From the NCBI GenBank assembly GCA_965279305.1, contig OZ257143.1, positions 660,001-692,000 on the forward strand: 32,000 nucleotides of DNA. The letters are read 5' to 3'. The DNA comes from Gammaproteobacteria bacterium. Lineage in GTDB: Bacteria > Pseudomonadota > Gammaproteobacteria > JBIOEC01. Under the pieces are notes generated by a model. The model was not told where the DNA came from. It searched no databases and saw only the letters and a list, made by a program, of their open reading frames with translations. The position numbers were made by a program, and so were the translations under genes. Shown one piece after another: positions 16,941 to 27,400 of the stretch. Position 1 is the first letter of the stretch. Every line of letters starts with the position of its first letter.

Positions 16941-18134
16941 TTAAAAATTGGTTAGAATTGTGCTTATTTCTTGCCACGGAATAGCTATAATATTATCCAT
17001 CACTTTATATCGCTGTGGTGTTCGACAAATAATATATCCAACGGCTGAATTTGGATATTCATCCATAAATTTTTTAAGATGTCTCGCATCATGTTCATCT
17101 GGAGCATCCGTCCATTTTACTTCAATGGGAACATATTGATTTTCGATCTCTAATACATAATCAATTTCAGGACCTGCAGAATCACGCCAATATCGTATTT
17201 TTATATGTGGTGAAATAAGTTGACTTGAATATAATAATTCAATACCCGCATAATGTTCAAATAAATCCCCCAATGTTTTTTGGGGTAATCGTATTCCTTC
17301 ATTAGCACAAGCACGCCGTACTCCTAAATCAAAAAATAAATATTTAGGGGATTTAATTAATCGACGTTTTGTTGTGCTTTTAATAATGGGATCTATGCGC
17401 AGTACGATTAAGCAGTCTTCTAAAATTTGATAATAATTAGCGAGTGTAGTATCAGCAACACCTATATCTTGAGACATTCGAGTGAAATTAATTTGTTTAC
17501 CAGATTCTCCAGCTGCAACCTCAAGAAAACGTGAGAAACTTCCCATGTTACGTACAAGCGCTTCTGCGCGAATTTCTTCTTCTAAATAAGTGGTTACATA
17601 AGAATAGAGATCAGATTCTTTATCGGTAGATTTTTGTTCAGTTATAATGTTGGGTAGTGTTCCGTATAACAAAATTTCTTCTATTTTAGGCGTTAAAAAA
17701 GGAGAAATTTCTTGGTAAAGTAAAGGATGCATGGCCATGGCTGTAACACGGCCAGGTAACAAATTAACAGCATGTCCATGTTTCAGTTTTCTTGCCGAAG
17801 ATCCGCTTAAGATAAATTGTGCCAACTTTTTATCAATTAAATACTGGACGCTGTCCATAATGGCAGGAATTTTTTGCACTTCGTCAATAAATACTAAGGG
17901 GGGAGAAGGAAAGTCATTAATTTTTTCTTCAAGCTCTTTTTCTAGCAGTGCGGGGTTTTGCTCGTAACGTTGTTTGGTTGTCAGTTGTGCGAAAGAGTAG
18001 GTGATATCGGGTTTTATTTCATGCTCAATGAGAGTTGTTTTGCCTGTTTGTCTTGGGCCAAGCAATAATATGCTTTTACCTCTAGCCAAGGTTTGTTTTA
18101 TATTCGTTGTTATAAGCCGTGGAAAGAATGTCAT
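16941..18134 (-). CDS. AAA-family ATPase fused to a PD-(D/E)xK nuclease-like C-terminal domain (AAA_14/DUF4143-type architecture)
   Basis: Walker A LLLGPRQTGKTTL, Walker B LVFIDEVQ, and C-terminal GPEIDYVLEIENQYVPIEVKW (D...E-x-K restriction-endonuclease-fold signature, nt about 17107-17178). Confidence 0.85.
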   Translation of the reverse strand: MTFFPRLITTNIKQTLARGKSILLLGPRQTGKTTLIEHEIKPDITYSFAQLTTKQRYEQNPALLEKELEEKINDFPSPPLVFIDEVQKIPAIMDSVQYLIDKKLAQFILSGSSARKLKHGHAVNLLPGRVTAMAMHPLLYQEISPFLTPKIEEILLYGTLPNIITEQKSTDKESDLYSYVTTYLEEEIRAEALVRNMGSFSRFLEVAAGESGKQINFTRMSQDIGVADTTLANYYQILEDCLIVLRIDPIIKSTTKRRLIKSPKYLFFDLGVRRACANEGIRLPQKTLGDLFEHYAGIELLYSSQLISPHIKIRYWRDSAGPEIDYVLEIENQYVPIEVKWTDAPDEHDARHLKKFMDEYPNSAVGYIICRTPQRYKVMDNIIAIPWQEISTILTNF

Positions 18135-18150
18135 TGATGGTGCCTCAACC

Positions 18151-18244
18151 GAATTATCGTTGAATTTTCGGTGTTTGTCAAGGATATTCGTTGAATTTTC
18201 GGTGTTGTCGAAGGATATTCATTGAATTTTCGGTTTATCATGCA
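18151..18244. repeat. Three tandem 31-bp direct repeats upstream of the ATPase gene
   Basis: The core TTGAATTTTCGGT occurs at 18160, 18191 and 18222 (exact 31-bp period). The flanks AAGGATATTC(G/A) are also repeated. Located 17-110 nt upstream of the ATPase ATG (18134, minus strand). Confidence 0.8.
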
Positions 18245-18270
18245 TGCGAGATCTTTGTAACGCATTGATT

Positions 18271-19149
18271 TTATGGGTTTTTTATAAAGGTGAGCCTGGC
18301 CCATTCATCTTGGTAGGCGACTTCTTCTAGTAAAAATAAAGGTTCATAGATATTGATAAGGGTTTGCACTTGTGAGGCTAATACACCTGAAAGTACTGCT
18401 TTTCCATTGGGTAATAAATAATCCGAAAAACGTCCCGTCAGTTGCTGTAAAGGCTCTGCCAAAATATTCGCCAGAATTAAATTAACTTTCAAATCTTCAG
18501 GTAACTGTTCGGGTAAAACAATAGTCAGTAAATCAGGGGATAAATGATTTCGCTCTGCATTATCGGTGGTAGCTAATAAAGCTTGGGGATCGATATCGGT
18601 GCACCAAACATGCGTAGCTTCTGATTTGGCTGCTGCAATAGCTAAAATACCAGAGCCGCAACCATAATCTAAAACAATAAAATCTTTGGGGGGATTAAGC
18701 GCAATCCAGGTTAGCATAAGAGAAGTGGTGGCATGAGAGCCGGTACCAAATGCTAAACCAGGATCCAGCAAAATTTTAACGCCTTTGCCGGCAGGAATAT
18801 CATGCCAACTAGGGTAAATCCACAGGTTGTCGCCAAAACAAATAGGATGGGTTTGGCGCTGAGTTTCTCTTACCCAATCGTTTTCGGGCACATCGACGAG
18901 GTGAATTTCTTTAATAATACTGGGGCTAAAAAGTTGTTGAAGCTGTACAAGAATAGGATCTAGCGATAGCTCTGAAAACAAAGCCGCCATTTTAATTAAA
19001 GGCCATAAAGGTAAAGTGTCGGGTTCTGGCTCAAAAATAGGATTATCTTCAGCATCAGTAAGGGTAATAGCGAGAGCGCCAGATTCTAGCAGCCATTCGC
19101 TAACCTCGTGAGCATGCTCTCCGGTGGTGGTGAGGTGTAGCTCTTGCAC
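18271..19149 (-). CDS. prmA: Ribosomal protein L11 methyltransferase
   Basis: Aligns with PrmA from the N-terminus (LTTTGEHAHEVSEWLLESGALAITL). SAM motif VLDYGCGSGILAIAA. GTG start directly abuts the accC stop. Confidence 0.9.
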   Translation of the reverse strand: MQELHLTTTGEHAHEVSEWLLESGALAITLTDAEDNPIFEPEPDTLPLWPLIKMAALFSELSLDPILVQLQQLFSPSIIKEIHLVDVPENDWVRETQRQTHPICFGDNLWIYPSWHDIPAGKGVKILLDPGLAFGTGSHATTSLMLTWIALNPPKDFIVLDYGCGSGILAIAAAKSEATHVWCTDIDPQALLATTDNAERNHLSPDLLTIVLPEQLPEDLKVNLILANILAEPLQQLTGRFSDYLLPNGKAVLSGVLASQVQTLINIYEPLFLLEEVAYQDEWARLTFIKNP

Positions 19150-20496
19150 TTATTTATTCAACCCTAATTTTTTTTCCAAGTATTTAATAGAAACTCCACC
19201 TTCTATGAAAGCCGCATCATCTAGTAAGTCTTGATGTAATTTAATATTGGTTTTAATGCCTTCAATAATCATTTCATGTAATGCATTACGCATGCGAGCC
19301 ATGGCTTCTTCGCGGGTTTCACCATAGGCAATTAATTTTCCGATTAAAGAATCATAATTAGGTGGAACGCTGTAGCCACCATATAAGTGTGAATCAATTC
19401 GAATACCTGGGCCACCTGGCGCATGAAAATAATCTACTTTACCTGGGCATGGCATAAAAGTAGCTGGATCTTCTGCGTTGATTCGGCATTCAATTGCATG
19501 TCCGCGCAATTTAATATCACTTTGCTTAATTGAAAGCGGTTCATTATTGGCTACACGTAATTGTTCTTTTACTAAATCAACACCGGTAATCATTTCGGTA
19601 ACAGGATGTTCTACTTGAATACGGGTATTCATTTCAATAAAATAAAATTCGCCGTTTTCAAATAAAAATTCAAATGTACCTGCACCACGATAACCAATTT
19701 CTTTACAGGCTTTTACGCAACGTTCGCCAATCATTTTGCGTTGTTCAGGTGTAATTCCTGGCGCCGGTGCTTCTTCTAATACTTTTTGATGACGGCGTTG
19801 TAATGAGCAATCACGTTCGCCTAAATAAACCGCGTTACCATGTTGATCGGCCATCACTTGAATTTCAATATGTCTGGGATCGGCTAAATATTTTTCTAAA
19901 TATACTTCAGCATTACCAAACGCTGCGGCTGCTTCTTGCTGTGTAGTAGCAATGGATTTAATTAATTGATCTTCTTCATACACCACGCGCATACCGCGTC
20001 CGCCACCACCGCCTGCTGCTTTAACAATAACAGGGTAGCCAATTTCTTTTGCTAAACGTTTGTTTTCTTCTGCATCATCACTAACTGGGCCATCAGAGCC
20101 TGGCACGCAAGGAACACCAGCAGCTTTCATGGCATTTTTTGCAGAAATTTTATCACCCATTAAGCGAATAGTGTCAGGGCGTGGGCCAATAAAAACAAAT
20201 CCACTTTCTTCAACACGCTCTGCAAAATCAGCATTTTCCGCCAAAAAACCATAACCAGGGTGAATACCCACTGCATCGGTTAATTCAGCGCTCGCAATAA
20301 TAGCGGGAACATTTAAATAACTTTGTGCAGAAGGCGCAGGGCCTATGCAAACTGATTCATCGGCGAGTTTTACATGAAGTAAATCGCGATCTACGGTTGA
20401 ATGAACGGCAACGGTTTTAATACCGAGTTCTTTACACGCACGTAAAATTCTTAATGCAATTTCACCGCGATTAGCAATGACCACTTTTTCTAACAT
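19150..20496 (-). CDS. accC: Acetyl-CoA carboxylase, biotin carboxylase subunit
   Basis: [22 protein letters not shown]-terminus, ATP-grasp glycine loop [24 protein letters not shown]. Confidence 0.96.
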   Translation of the reverse strand: MLEKVVIANRGEIALRILRACKELGIKTVAVHSTVDRDLLHVKLADESVCIGPAPSAQSYLNVPAIIASAELTDAVGIHPGYGFLAENADFAERVEESGFVFIGPRPDTIRLMGDKISAKNAMKAAGVPCVPGSDGPVSDDAEENKRLAKEIGYPVIVKAAGGGGGRGMRVVYEEDQLIKSIATTQQEAAAAFGNAEVYLEKYLADPRHIEIQVMADQHGNAVYLGERDCSLQRRHQKVLEEAPAPGITPEQRKMIGERCVKACKEIGYRGAGTFEFLFENGEFYFIEMNTRIQVEHPVTEMITGVDLVKEQLRVANNEPLSIKQSDIKLRGHAIECRINAEDPATFMPCPGKVDYFHAPGGPGIRIDSHLYGGYSVPPNYDSLIGKLIAYGETREEAMARMRNALHEMIIEGIKTNIKLHQDLLDDAAFIEGGVSIKYLEKKLGLNK

Positions 20497-20512
20497 AGTA
20501 TGAACCTAATAA

Positions 20513-20992
20513 TTAATGGGCTTCGATAGTGAATATGGGTTGTCCAAATTCTACTGGTTGATTATTTTCTACTAATATAGCCGTGATAACACCGGACACT
20601 TCGGCTTCAATAGGATTAAACATTTTCATGGCTTCAATCATGGCTAAAGTATCGCCGACTTTTACTGTTTTGCCGACTTCCACAAAAGGAGCAGCACCAG
20701 GAGAAGATGCGCGATAAAAAGTTCCTACCATAGGTGAGCGAATAACAGTGCCGCTTAATTCGGGTGCTTTCGCTGCTGCAGGCGCATGAGCGGCTGCATG
20801 AGTGTTATGCGGTTCATGATGCGCATGGTGCTGGGTGTGAACCATAGGCGCGTGCATATGGCTAATAACAGGAGAAACATTTCCAGCGCGACGGCTAATG
20901 CGAACGGATTCTTCACCTTCGCTAATTTCAATTTCTTCTACGCCTGTTTCTTGAATAAGTTCAATAAGTTTTCTGATTTTTCTTATATCCAT
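20513..20992 (-). CDS. accB: Acetyl-CoA carboxylase, biotin carboxyl carrier protein
   Basis: C-terminal biotinyl domain with the EAMKM biotinylation motif. Unusual His-rich linker (see findings). Confidence 0.95.
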   Translation of the reverse strand: MDIRKIRKLIELIQETGVEEIEISEGEESVRISRRAGNVSPVISHMHAPMVHTQHHAHHEPHNTHAAAHAPAAAKAPELSGTVIRSPMVGTFYRASSPGAAPFVEVGKTVKVGDTLAMIEAMKMFNPIEAEVSGVITAILVENNQPVEFGQPIFTIEAH

Positions 20993-21005
20993 AACACACC
21001 TTAAG

Positions 21006-21449
21006 TTATTTTCCGGTTAAACGTTGACATGCCACAGAAAGAGCCAATGAATAGCTATCTGTACCAAATCCGCCAATCACCCCTTCTGCGATATCACTAA
21101 AATAAGAATGATGCCTAAAAGCCTCTCTTGCATACAAATTGCTAAGATGGACTTCAATAAATGGCACCTTCGCTGCCAATAGGGCATCTCTGAGTGCAAT
21201 ACTCGTATGCGTAAAAGCTGCTGGATTAAAGATTATCATAGCATAGCCTTTTTCAGGGGCTTGTTGTATGTAATCGATTAATTCATGCTCCGCGTTGCTT
21301 TGGTGGCAAACTACCTGATGCCCAAGGCGTGAGGCTTCCGCCTGTAAATCCTCGTTTAGAGTTTTTAAGCTCTTTGTGCCATAATGCTCAGGTTCTCGCT
21401 GACCCAGCAAATTCAAGTTAGGGCCATGTAAAACTAGTATAGATGCCAT
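21006..21449 (-). CDS. aroQ: Type II 3-dehydroquinate dehydratase
   Basis: [22 protein letters not shown]-terminus, 147 aa, usual aroQ-accB-accC linkage. Confidence 0.95.
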   Translation of the reverse strand: MASILVLHGPNLNLLGQREPEHYGTKSLKTLNEDLQAEASRLGHQVVCHQSNAEHELIDYIQQAPEKGYAMIIFNPAAFTHTSIALRDALLAAKVPFIEVHLSNLYAREAFRHHSYFSDIAEGVIGGFGTDSYSLALSVACQRLTGK

Positions 21450-21552
21450 GTACTTTCCTCAAAGCAAGCCGATATTGTGCAACAAAATTTTGAATTTGTC
21501 TAGAACCTCGTCGAAAATTATGTGAAAATCGTCGATTGGGTGGGTAAAAGTG

Positions 21553-22164
21553 CTAAAACTTCAATCCTTCCTCATCTAGCGACTTCTGAACCGCAGGACG
21601 TGCCTTAATTCGTTCAAAATAGTGGCCTACGAACTTCCATTCGCTGATCTCTATTTTAAAGGCAAACAGCCAGCTAATCATCACAAATAAATAGGCATCA
21701 GGAAGGGTAAAATGGTCAGCGGCTATAAACTCCTGATCGGCCAAATGCGCATCTACCAGAGAAAACTTACGCTTAATGGCTGGAATAAATATTCGTTCTT
21801 TTTCTTCGGCTGATACTTCTGCGTTAAATAAAGTGCCAAAGCCTTTGTGAATATCTGTGGTAATAAAGTTTAACCACTCTAATATTTTATACCGTTTGAA
21901 ATCAGTAATAGGGGGCAGTAAATCGGTTTTTTTATATTGATCAGCTAAGTATTGTAAAATAACGGCATTCTCGGTAACAATCTCGCCGTTATCTAATTGA
22001 AGTGTAGACACTTCACCTTTAGGATTTACTTTATAAAAATCTTCACCGCTTTGGGTTTTTTTGGTTTTTAAATCTACGGATTCAAATTCGCAAGGTAATC
22101 CCATTTCATTAATAATAATATGAACGGAAAGTGAACAAGCACCTTTAGAGTAATACAGTTTCAT
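21553..22164 (-). CDS. gstA: Glutathione S-transferase (beta class, GstA-like)
   Basis: Full-length colinearity with E. coli GstA (MKLYYSKGACSLSVHI.., NPKGEV, ILQYLAD, EWLNFITTDIHKGF, LPDAYLFVM). Confidence 0.85.
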   Translation of the reverse strand: MKLYYSKGACSLSVHIIINEMGLPCEFESVDLKTKKTQSGEDFYKVNPKGEVSTLQLDNGEIVTENAVILQYLADQYKKTDLLPPITDFKRYKILEWLNFITTDIHKGFGTLFNAEVSAEEKERIFIPAIKRKFSLVDAHLADQEFIAADHFTLPDAYLFVMISWLFAFKIEISEWKFVGHYFERIKARPAVQKSLDEEGLKF

Positions 22165-22176
22165 TGGGTTTCTCCA

Positions 22177-23847
22177 TTATAATGTTGGGCTGCTTTTTTC
22201 GTGAAAAACAATAATGCTTTCTAGTTGTGCGGTTAATTGATCAGCAGTGATATCCCCCACTAAACGCTTATTAATTAATTCAGGTCCAGCAGGTTGAAAA
22301 AATAATAAAGCAGGCGGTGCAAACACTCCTAATTCTTTTTGTATTTCTTTATCATATTTATTTTGGGCTGTAACGTCAACGCGTATTAACGTAAAGTGTT
22401 TAAGTAATTCCGCTACTTTAGGATCAGGGAATATTTGGTCTTCAATAATATGACAAGTAACACACCAGTCGGCATAAATATCTACCATCACGGGTTTTAA
22501 ACTTTTATTTATTTCGTGCTGTAACTCTTCTACTGTATTGGCAGAAACAAATGATTCAAGCATAGCAGCTCTTTCTTCTGTTTTAACTGAAGGAGCAAAA
22601 ATATCTACAGGCAGAACACGCATCACCATCCAAATAGCAACCGCAATTAATAATATACCGAATAAACGTTGCACTAATACCAACCATCTACCTGAACGTG
22701 GTAATAAACGAGGGCCAAAAGAACCTAGAATTAATAAAGGAGTTCCCATGCCTAATGCTAATGCAAATAAAGTAGTGCCGCCTAACCACGTGTCGCCTGT
22801 TAAACTGATATAAGTGAGCGCACCAATAAGGGGAGCAGTTACGCAAGGAGAAACGATAAGTGCTGAAATTACGCCTAATAATAAAGCCGAAATAAAGCGA
22901 CCACCTTTAATGCGATCTTGCGTTTGAGCCATGGCTTGGCGAAGTGGGCTTGGAATTTGCAATTGATAAAAACCAAAAGAGTTAAGCGCTAATAATATTA
23001 ATAATAATGCGCACACGCCTACAAATAAAGGAGCTTGTAAATAACTTTGTAATGTTTGGCCAGCAAGCCCTGCAAAAACACCAGCAAGAGAATATGTTAT
23101 GGCCATACCTCCTACATAACAAACAGATAATGAGAATGCACGCCATGAACGATCAGGCGCATGATGCCCTACGATAATGCTAGACAAAATAGGAATCATG
23201 GGTAACACGCAAGGAGTGAAAGCTAATAATAACCCTAATATGTAAAATATAACCCAAACCCAAGTTTGTTGAGTTTCGGTGATCAATTCAGAAAGTGTAA
23301 TGGGATTTGCAGAAGTTAACGTGCCAATTTCGGCCAGCTCTGCTGCACCAGCCGCATGTGAGGCTTCAATAATTTCAATATATCCGGTTTTTCTATTAAT
23401 GCTCCAGGTTTCAGAAATAGGGGGATAACAAAAGCCAGCAGTAGCACAGCCTTGATAGGTAACCATTAATTCAAATTCTTCTGGAAGATCACGAGGCAAA
23501 GGAATATGTAGATTTAACTGATTAAAGTAAACAATTTGCTCACCAAAAAACTCATCGTTCATTTTATTCCCTTTGGGGAAGTCAAAAATAAATTCGTGGC
23601 TAGAGGTTATTTTGATTTTTTCTTGATAAAGGTAATAACCCTTAGCAATATTCCATTGCAACTGGATGTGATGAGCATCAGGCAAACCAAGCTTTATTCT
23701 AAACGCTTCCTCGGGTGCCAACACTTTAGGCTGTAAAGAAGAAGACACCAAAGGAACAGGTGGTTTAATGGTATTTAAGGGTTCAGCAGAAAAAAGAGTG
23801 GGCGTTGCTAAGGTAAAAAGCATTAAGAGCATCAAGCGCTTAAACAT
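22177..23847 (-). CDS. dsbD: Thiol:disulfide interchange protein DsbD
   Basis: Signal peptide, alpha-domain YQGCATAGFCYPP, membrane-domain cysteines (CVLPMIP, SPCVTAP), C-terminal thioredoxin fold YADWCVTCH. Confidence 0.92.
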   Translation of the reverse strand: MFKRLMLLMLFTLATPTLFSAEPLNTIKPPVPLVSSSLQPKVLAPEEAFRIKLGLPDAHHIQLQWNIAKGYYLYQEKIKITSSHEFIFDFPKGNKMNDEFFGEQIVYFNQLNLHIPLPRDLPEEFELMVTYQGCATAGFCYPPISETWSINRKTGYIEIIEASHAAGAAELAEIGTLTSANPITLSELITETQQTWVWVIFYILGLLLAFTPCVLPMIPILSSIIVGHHAPDRSWRAFSLSVCYVGGMAITYSLAGVFAGLAGQTLQSYLQAPLFVGVCALLLILLALNSFGFYQLQIPSPLRQAMAQTQDRIKGGRFISALLLGVISALIVSPCVTAPLIGALTYISLTGDTWLGGTTLFALALGMGTPLLILGSFGPRLLPRSGRWLVLVQRLFGILLIAVAIWMVMRVLPVDIFAPSVKTEERAAMLESFVSANTVEELQHEINKSLKPVMVDIYADWCVTCHIIEDQIFPDPKVAELLKHFTLIRVDVTAQNKYDKEIQKELGVFAPPALLFFQPAGPELINKRLVGDITADQLTAQLESIIVFHEKSSPTL

Positions 23848-23868
23848 AGAATAGTTCCTTATTCTTAA

Positions 23869-24423
23869 TTATTCTTTTTTGGGATTAATCTCAGCATCAG
23901 AGAATAAAACACGTAAGTGTTCGGGCAGATCGTCTAGTTTGTCAGTATTAATATGTTGCATTAATTCATCTAATACATCATCAGTAAAGCCTAATTGAGC
24001 TGCTATTCCTCTTTCTACCATAGATATTTGAGTTTCAATGGCGGCTGGCACCAACGCATCTGTCCATATTTTTTCTTGAATATCTAAAACTCCACGCGCG
24101 TAAATAGGATCGGTGCAAGGATAAATTTTCCAGTTAGGATCTTCAGTTACAGTGAGGGCTAAATCAACCAACTCTATGCGCAATAAAGGAGGGCAAATCA
24201 TCCCCACTTCGCGCATGCCTTCATTATACTCTTTGGTGAGAGTGGTTTTTATTTTTTCAAGCGCTTCAGGTGAGCAACGTAATCTAGAATCTTTTTTGTA
24301 AAGCTCATGAGAAGGAATAGTAATAAGCGGGCGCTGATTAGCCATGTCAAAAAACTGACAAAATTGCCAATGCTCAACTAATTGTGCTACCTCATCAGAG
24401 GTGTAAGGTTTGTTGAATGCCAT
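23869..24423 (-). CDS. Hypothetical small acidic protein, 184 aa
   Basis: ATG-initiated ORF that ends 21 nt before the dsbD start and begins 59 nt after the 1202-aa ORF stop. Asp/Glu-rich. No recognised motif. Confidence 0.65.
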   Translation of the reverse strand: MAFNKPYTSDEVAQLVEHWQFCQFFDMANQRPLITIPSHELYKKDSRLRCSPEALEKIKTTLTKEYNEGMREVGMICPPLLRIELVDLALTVTEDPNWKIYPCTDPIYARGVLDIQEKIWTDALVPAAIETQISMVERGIAAQLGFTDDVLDELMQHINTDKLDDLPEHLRVLFSDAEINPKKE

Positions 24424-24482
24424 GGCGTTATTCTATCATGAATGTTAAGAAAGTAGCATCCAAAAACACTAAATACTAAGAG

Positions 24483-27400
24483 CTAAGGACGCGCTCGACC
24501 AGGTTGAACAGTAACGGAAGTACTAGCCGCTGAATTAGGTCTGTTTAACTGATCTTGTAATAAATTAATATAACTTTTCATTATTTTTTCTGGGAATGAT
24601 CCTTTGCGATTTTGCAGCATATCTGCCATCACTTTCTGGCAATTAGTGGCTTTATTATTATTAATTTTGGTTGGATCTTGTTTAGCTTCTAATGCTTGTA
24701 AACGTTGATTAAATTCATCATCCAGGGATTTCAGTAAACCACCTTTAGCATTCATTTGTTCGTAAACTTTTTTACCTTCGCCATCCGATATTATTTCTTG
24801 TTTCGCTTTTTTAACATCGGCACTCACACAATGTGATTGAGAAAGCAGGCCAGGTATTGGCACTTGAACATCTTTGCCTGTTTGTGGATCTCTTTGAGTA
24901 ACGGTAGTGGGCTCTGTTAGTTTTTCTTGAAACCATAAATTAACTAAAGCTTGTTGTAATTCATTTGTTGATGACTCTTTTTGAGTGCTTACTCGATTAC
25001 GAAATGATTCCAGCAAAGGCCTGGTATTGGGCATGATATCAATGGGGTTGCCGCCAAAAAGAGCACTAACACCACTGGCTAATGCGCGAAAAGGAATGGA
25101 AATTGCTAGTGCGGTGGCATTAAATGCAAGCGCTTCAACAGCGGTGATCGCTGAAAAAACTCGAATCAGAAGCCTTACGGTAGGATCGTCTATTTTTTTA
25201 AGCGTTGTATCATAATATCTTTTATCGAAATTTAATCCTGGGGGTTGCAACTGAAATTTCTTTTCAGCAGGATCGTATGTGAGCAAACCACCATTATTAA
25301 AGGCATGAGAAAGACATTTAACGGCAGACTCTTCCATTTCTGAAGGTTTTTCAACCATGGTAGGAACACCATTGACGTCTTCTTGCTTTCTTTGTTTTTT
25401 AGGGCTTAGAAAAGCTTTAGTATCCGACACAAAATTCAGTCTTTCGCCTACGGGTTTGCCTTGTAAATCGGTTACACGAATTCGCTCTTCTACTACATCC
25501 GCTTTAGTATTAATAACAGTACGGCCTACGGTTTGTCTGAAACCTTCGGAGTTAGTATAGGCAGCAGAAGACTGATCCACAGTTAATGCATAAGCAGAAC
25601 GACGATAAGAATCAGTATTAAAAATAGAAGGTTTTAATCTCATCCAAATACGCTCACCAAAAGAAGGTGTTCTCGCAGGTTCAATCAAAGGTAATCCTGC
25701 GTCGGCACGTTCTAAGCTGGTGCGATATAAACCCACATTATTACGGAAATTATCGACGTAATTTTTTTGGGTAACCAGTTGTTGTTTATTTTTTTGGAGC
25801 GTCTCATTATCGGGATCCGCTGCCAATGCTTTATCGCTAGCCGTTATTTGTTTTTCTAGCATTTCAGCATAAACGGCTGAGGCTCGTATTTCTGCTTGCG
25901 CTCTAACATCTAAATTAGAATATTGAAAATTCTGTTCAAAACTTTGATTATCCGCCTGAACAGTTTGTATTAATTGTTGGCGATCAGGTGCATTTAATAA
26001 AGCTTTTGTTACATTAGGTCGCTGAGGAATTTGCGCATAATAATTAACTAGTTTTGCTTGAGCTTCAGAGAGAGGAATGCGGCGAGTATTCTGTAAGGTG
26101 TTAATATGATTTCTAATTTCATCTAAAGTGTCTGGAGGCACTAAAGAGCTTATTGCGTCATCTATTGCGGCCAGAGTTGCCGGGTTTGCCTTAAATAATT
26201 TTTCAGATAATATTGTGGAGGTCAATGTATCTGCATTAACACTTAATGCATCAGCAACCACTTGCTTTATTGAAACAGGAGTGGTAGCTAGTAAATGGGA
26301 TAAGACATTACTTTTAGTTGAAAGCTGTTGTATTGCAGAAAAAAGTCGAACACGAATAGCATCTTCATTCAATTCATTAAAGTTTACACCATTACTCGCC
26401 GCTTTAAAAACCGCTATTGCGTAACCAGTATTGGCAGTTGCTATCTGTTGAGCAGTACTTGATGCATTTGTGATGTAAGCAGCATCTGCAGGTGCAAATC
26501 CTTGTTCAATAGCCCATGCTTTTAAAGTTTCACCTATATCTGCTAAATAAGGGTTGATTACAGGCTGGTAATTTTGATTTCCATCAATCAAGTTTTCTGT
26601 ATTGGTAATAGTTACTCCACTACCAGGATTCGCTGTAATAGCTGCTTCGCGCAATGCTTTATAAGGTTCAATATATTGTCCAGCAGCATCTTTTATTTTA
26701 TTTGCAGCCGTCGCAATAGGAGTTACATAACTATCAGCTATATAAGTATTATTAACTAAAGGAATGCGACGTGCTTCTAATAAAATATTTAACTCGCCGC
26801 CGATTTTAGCTTTAAATGCATCTCGTTTAGCTTGGTAATTAGCAATAGTATTGGGATATAAAGTTTCTAATACTTCATCGTTAGTTAATAACTCTTTAGC
26901 CTTTTCTATTTCTAGAGGAGAACCTGATTCACCTAAATGATTTAATATTTTTTCAAATAAATTATCAGCCGTTAATTCATCTGCATTAGCCACACCAATT
27001 TGGTCAGCAATAATATTTTTTACTTGTGGGTTTTTTAGTAAGGTATAAAGAGACCACTTAGGAGATGCTGTGTTTAACTCTAATGTAAGATTGTTTTTGA
27101 AAGCTTCTCGTTTTTCTACAGCATTAGCAGTGCCCTCTGGGAATAAAGTTGCTAATATTGTGGCATCTGAAAAATTCCCGATTAATTCTTCTGCTCTTGC
27201 AGCGGTTGTTAAATGAGCTGATATCTTTTCAAGCAAATTATCTGCAGTCAGTCCATATGTAGCAGGAGTGGTAGCTGTGGCAGCAGTAGCAGGAGGAACT
27301 CCCAATGCATCACGTAACCTGTTTCTAGTGTCCGCATTTCTTACTAGCGTATACAAAGCTGGGTTAGTAATTTGTGTTTTAGCAAACTGTGCTGCAAATT

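Noticed and set aside
18001-18225. A 74-aa plus-strand ORF spanning the ATPase start and the 31-bp repeats.
   Set aside because: It overlaps the ATPase N-terminus antisense. Its 3' half is just the translated tandem repeat, and it has no RBS. The repeat is better explained as non-coding.
18151-18244. The 31-bp repeats as a CRISPR array.
   Set aside because: There are only three copies, directly abutting with no unique spacers, the repeats are degenerate, and no cas genes are present in the window.
21450-21552. A repeated CGTCGA/GAAAAT pattern (TCGTCGAAAATTATGTGAAAATCGTCGA) upstream of aroQ.
   Set aside because: It consists of short 6-nt direct repeats in a small AT-rich spacer with no dyad symmetry. 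It is not distinguishable from chance.
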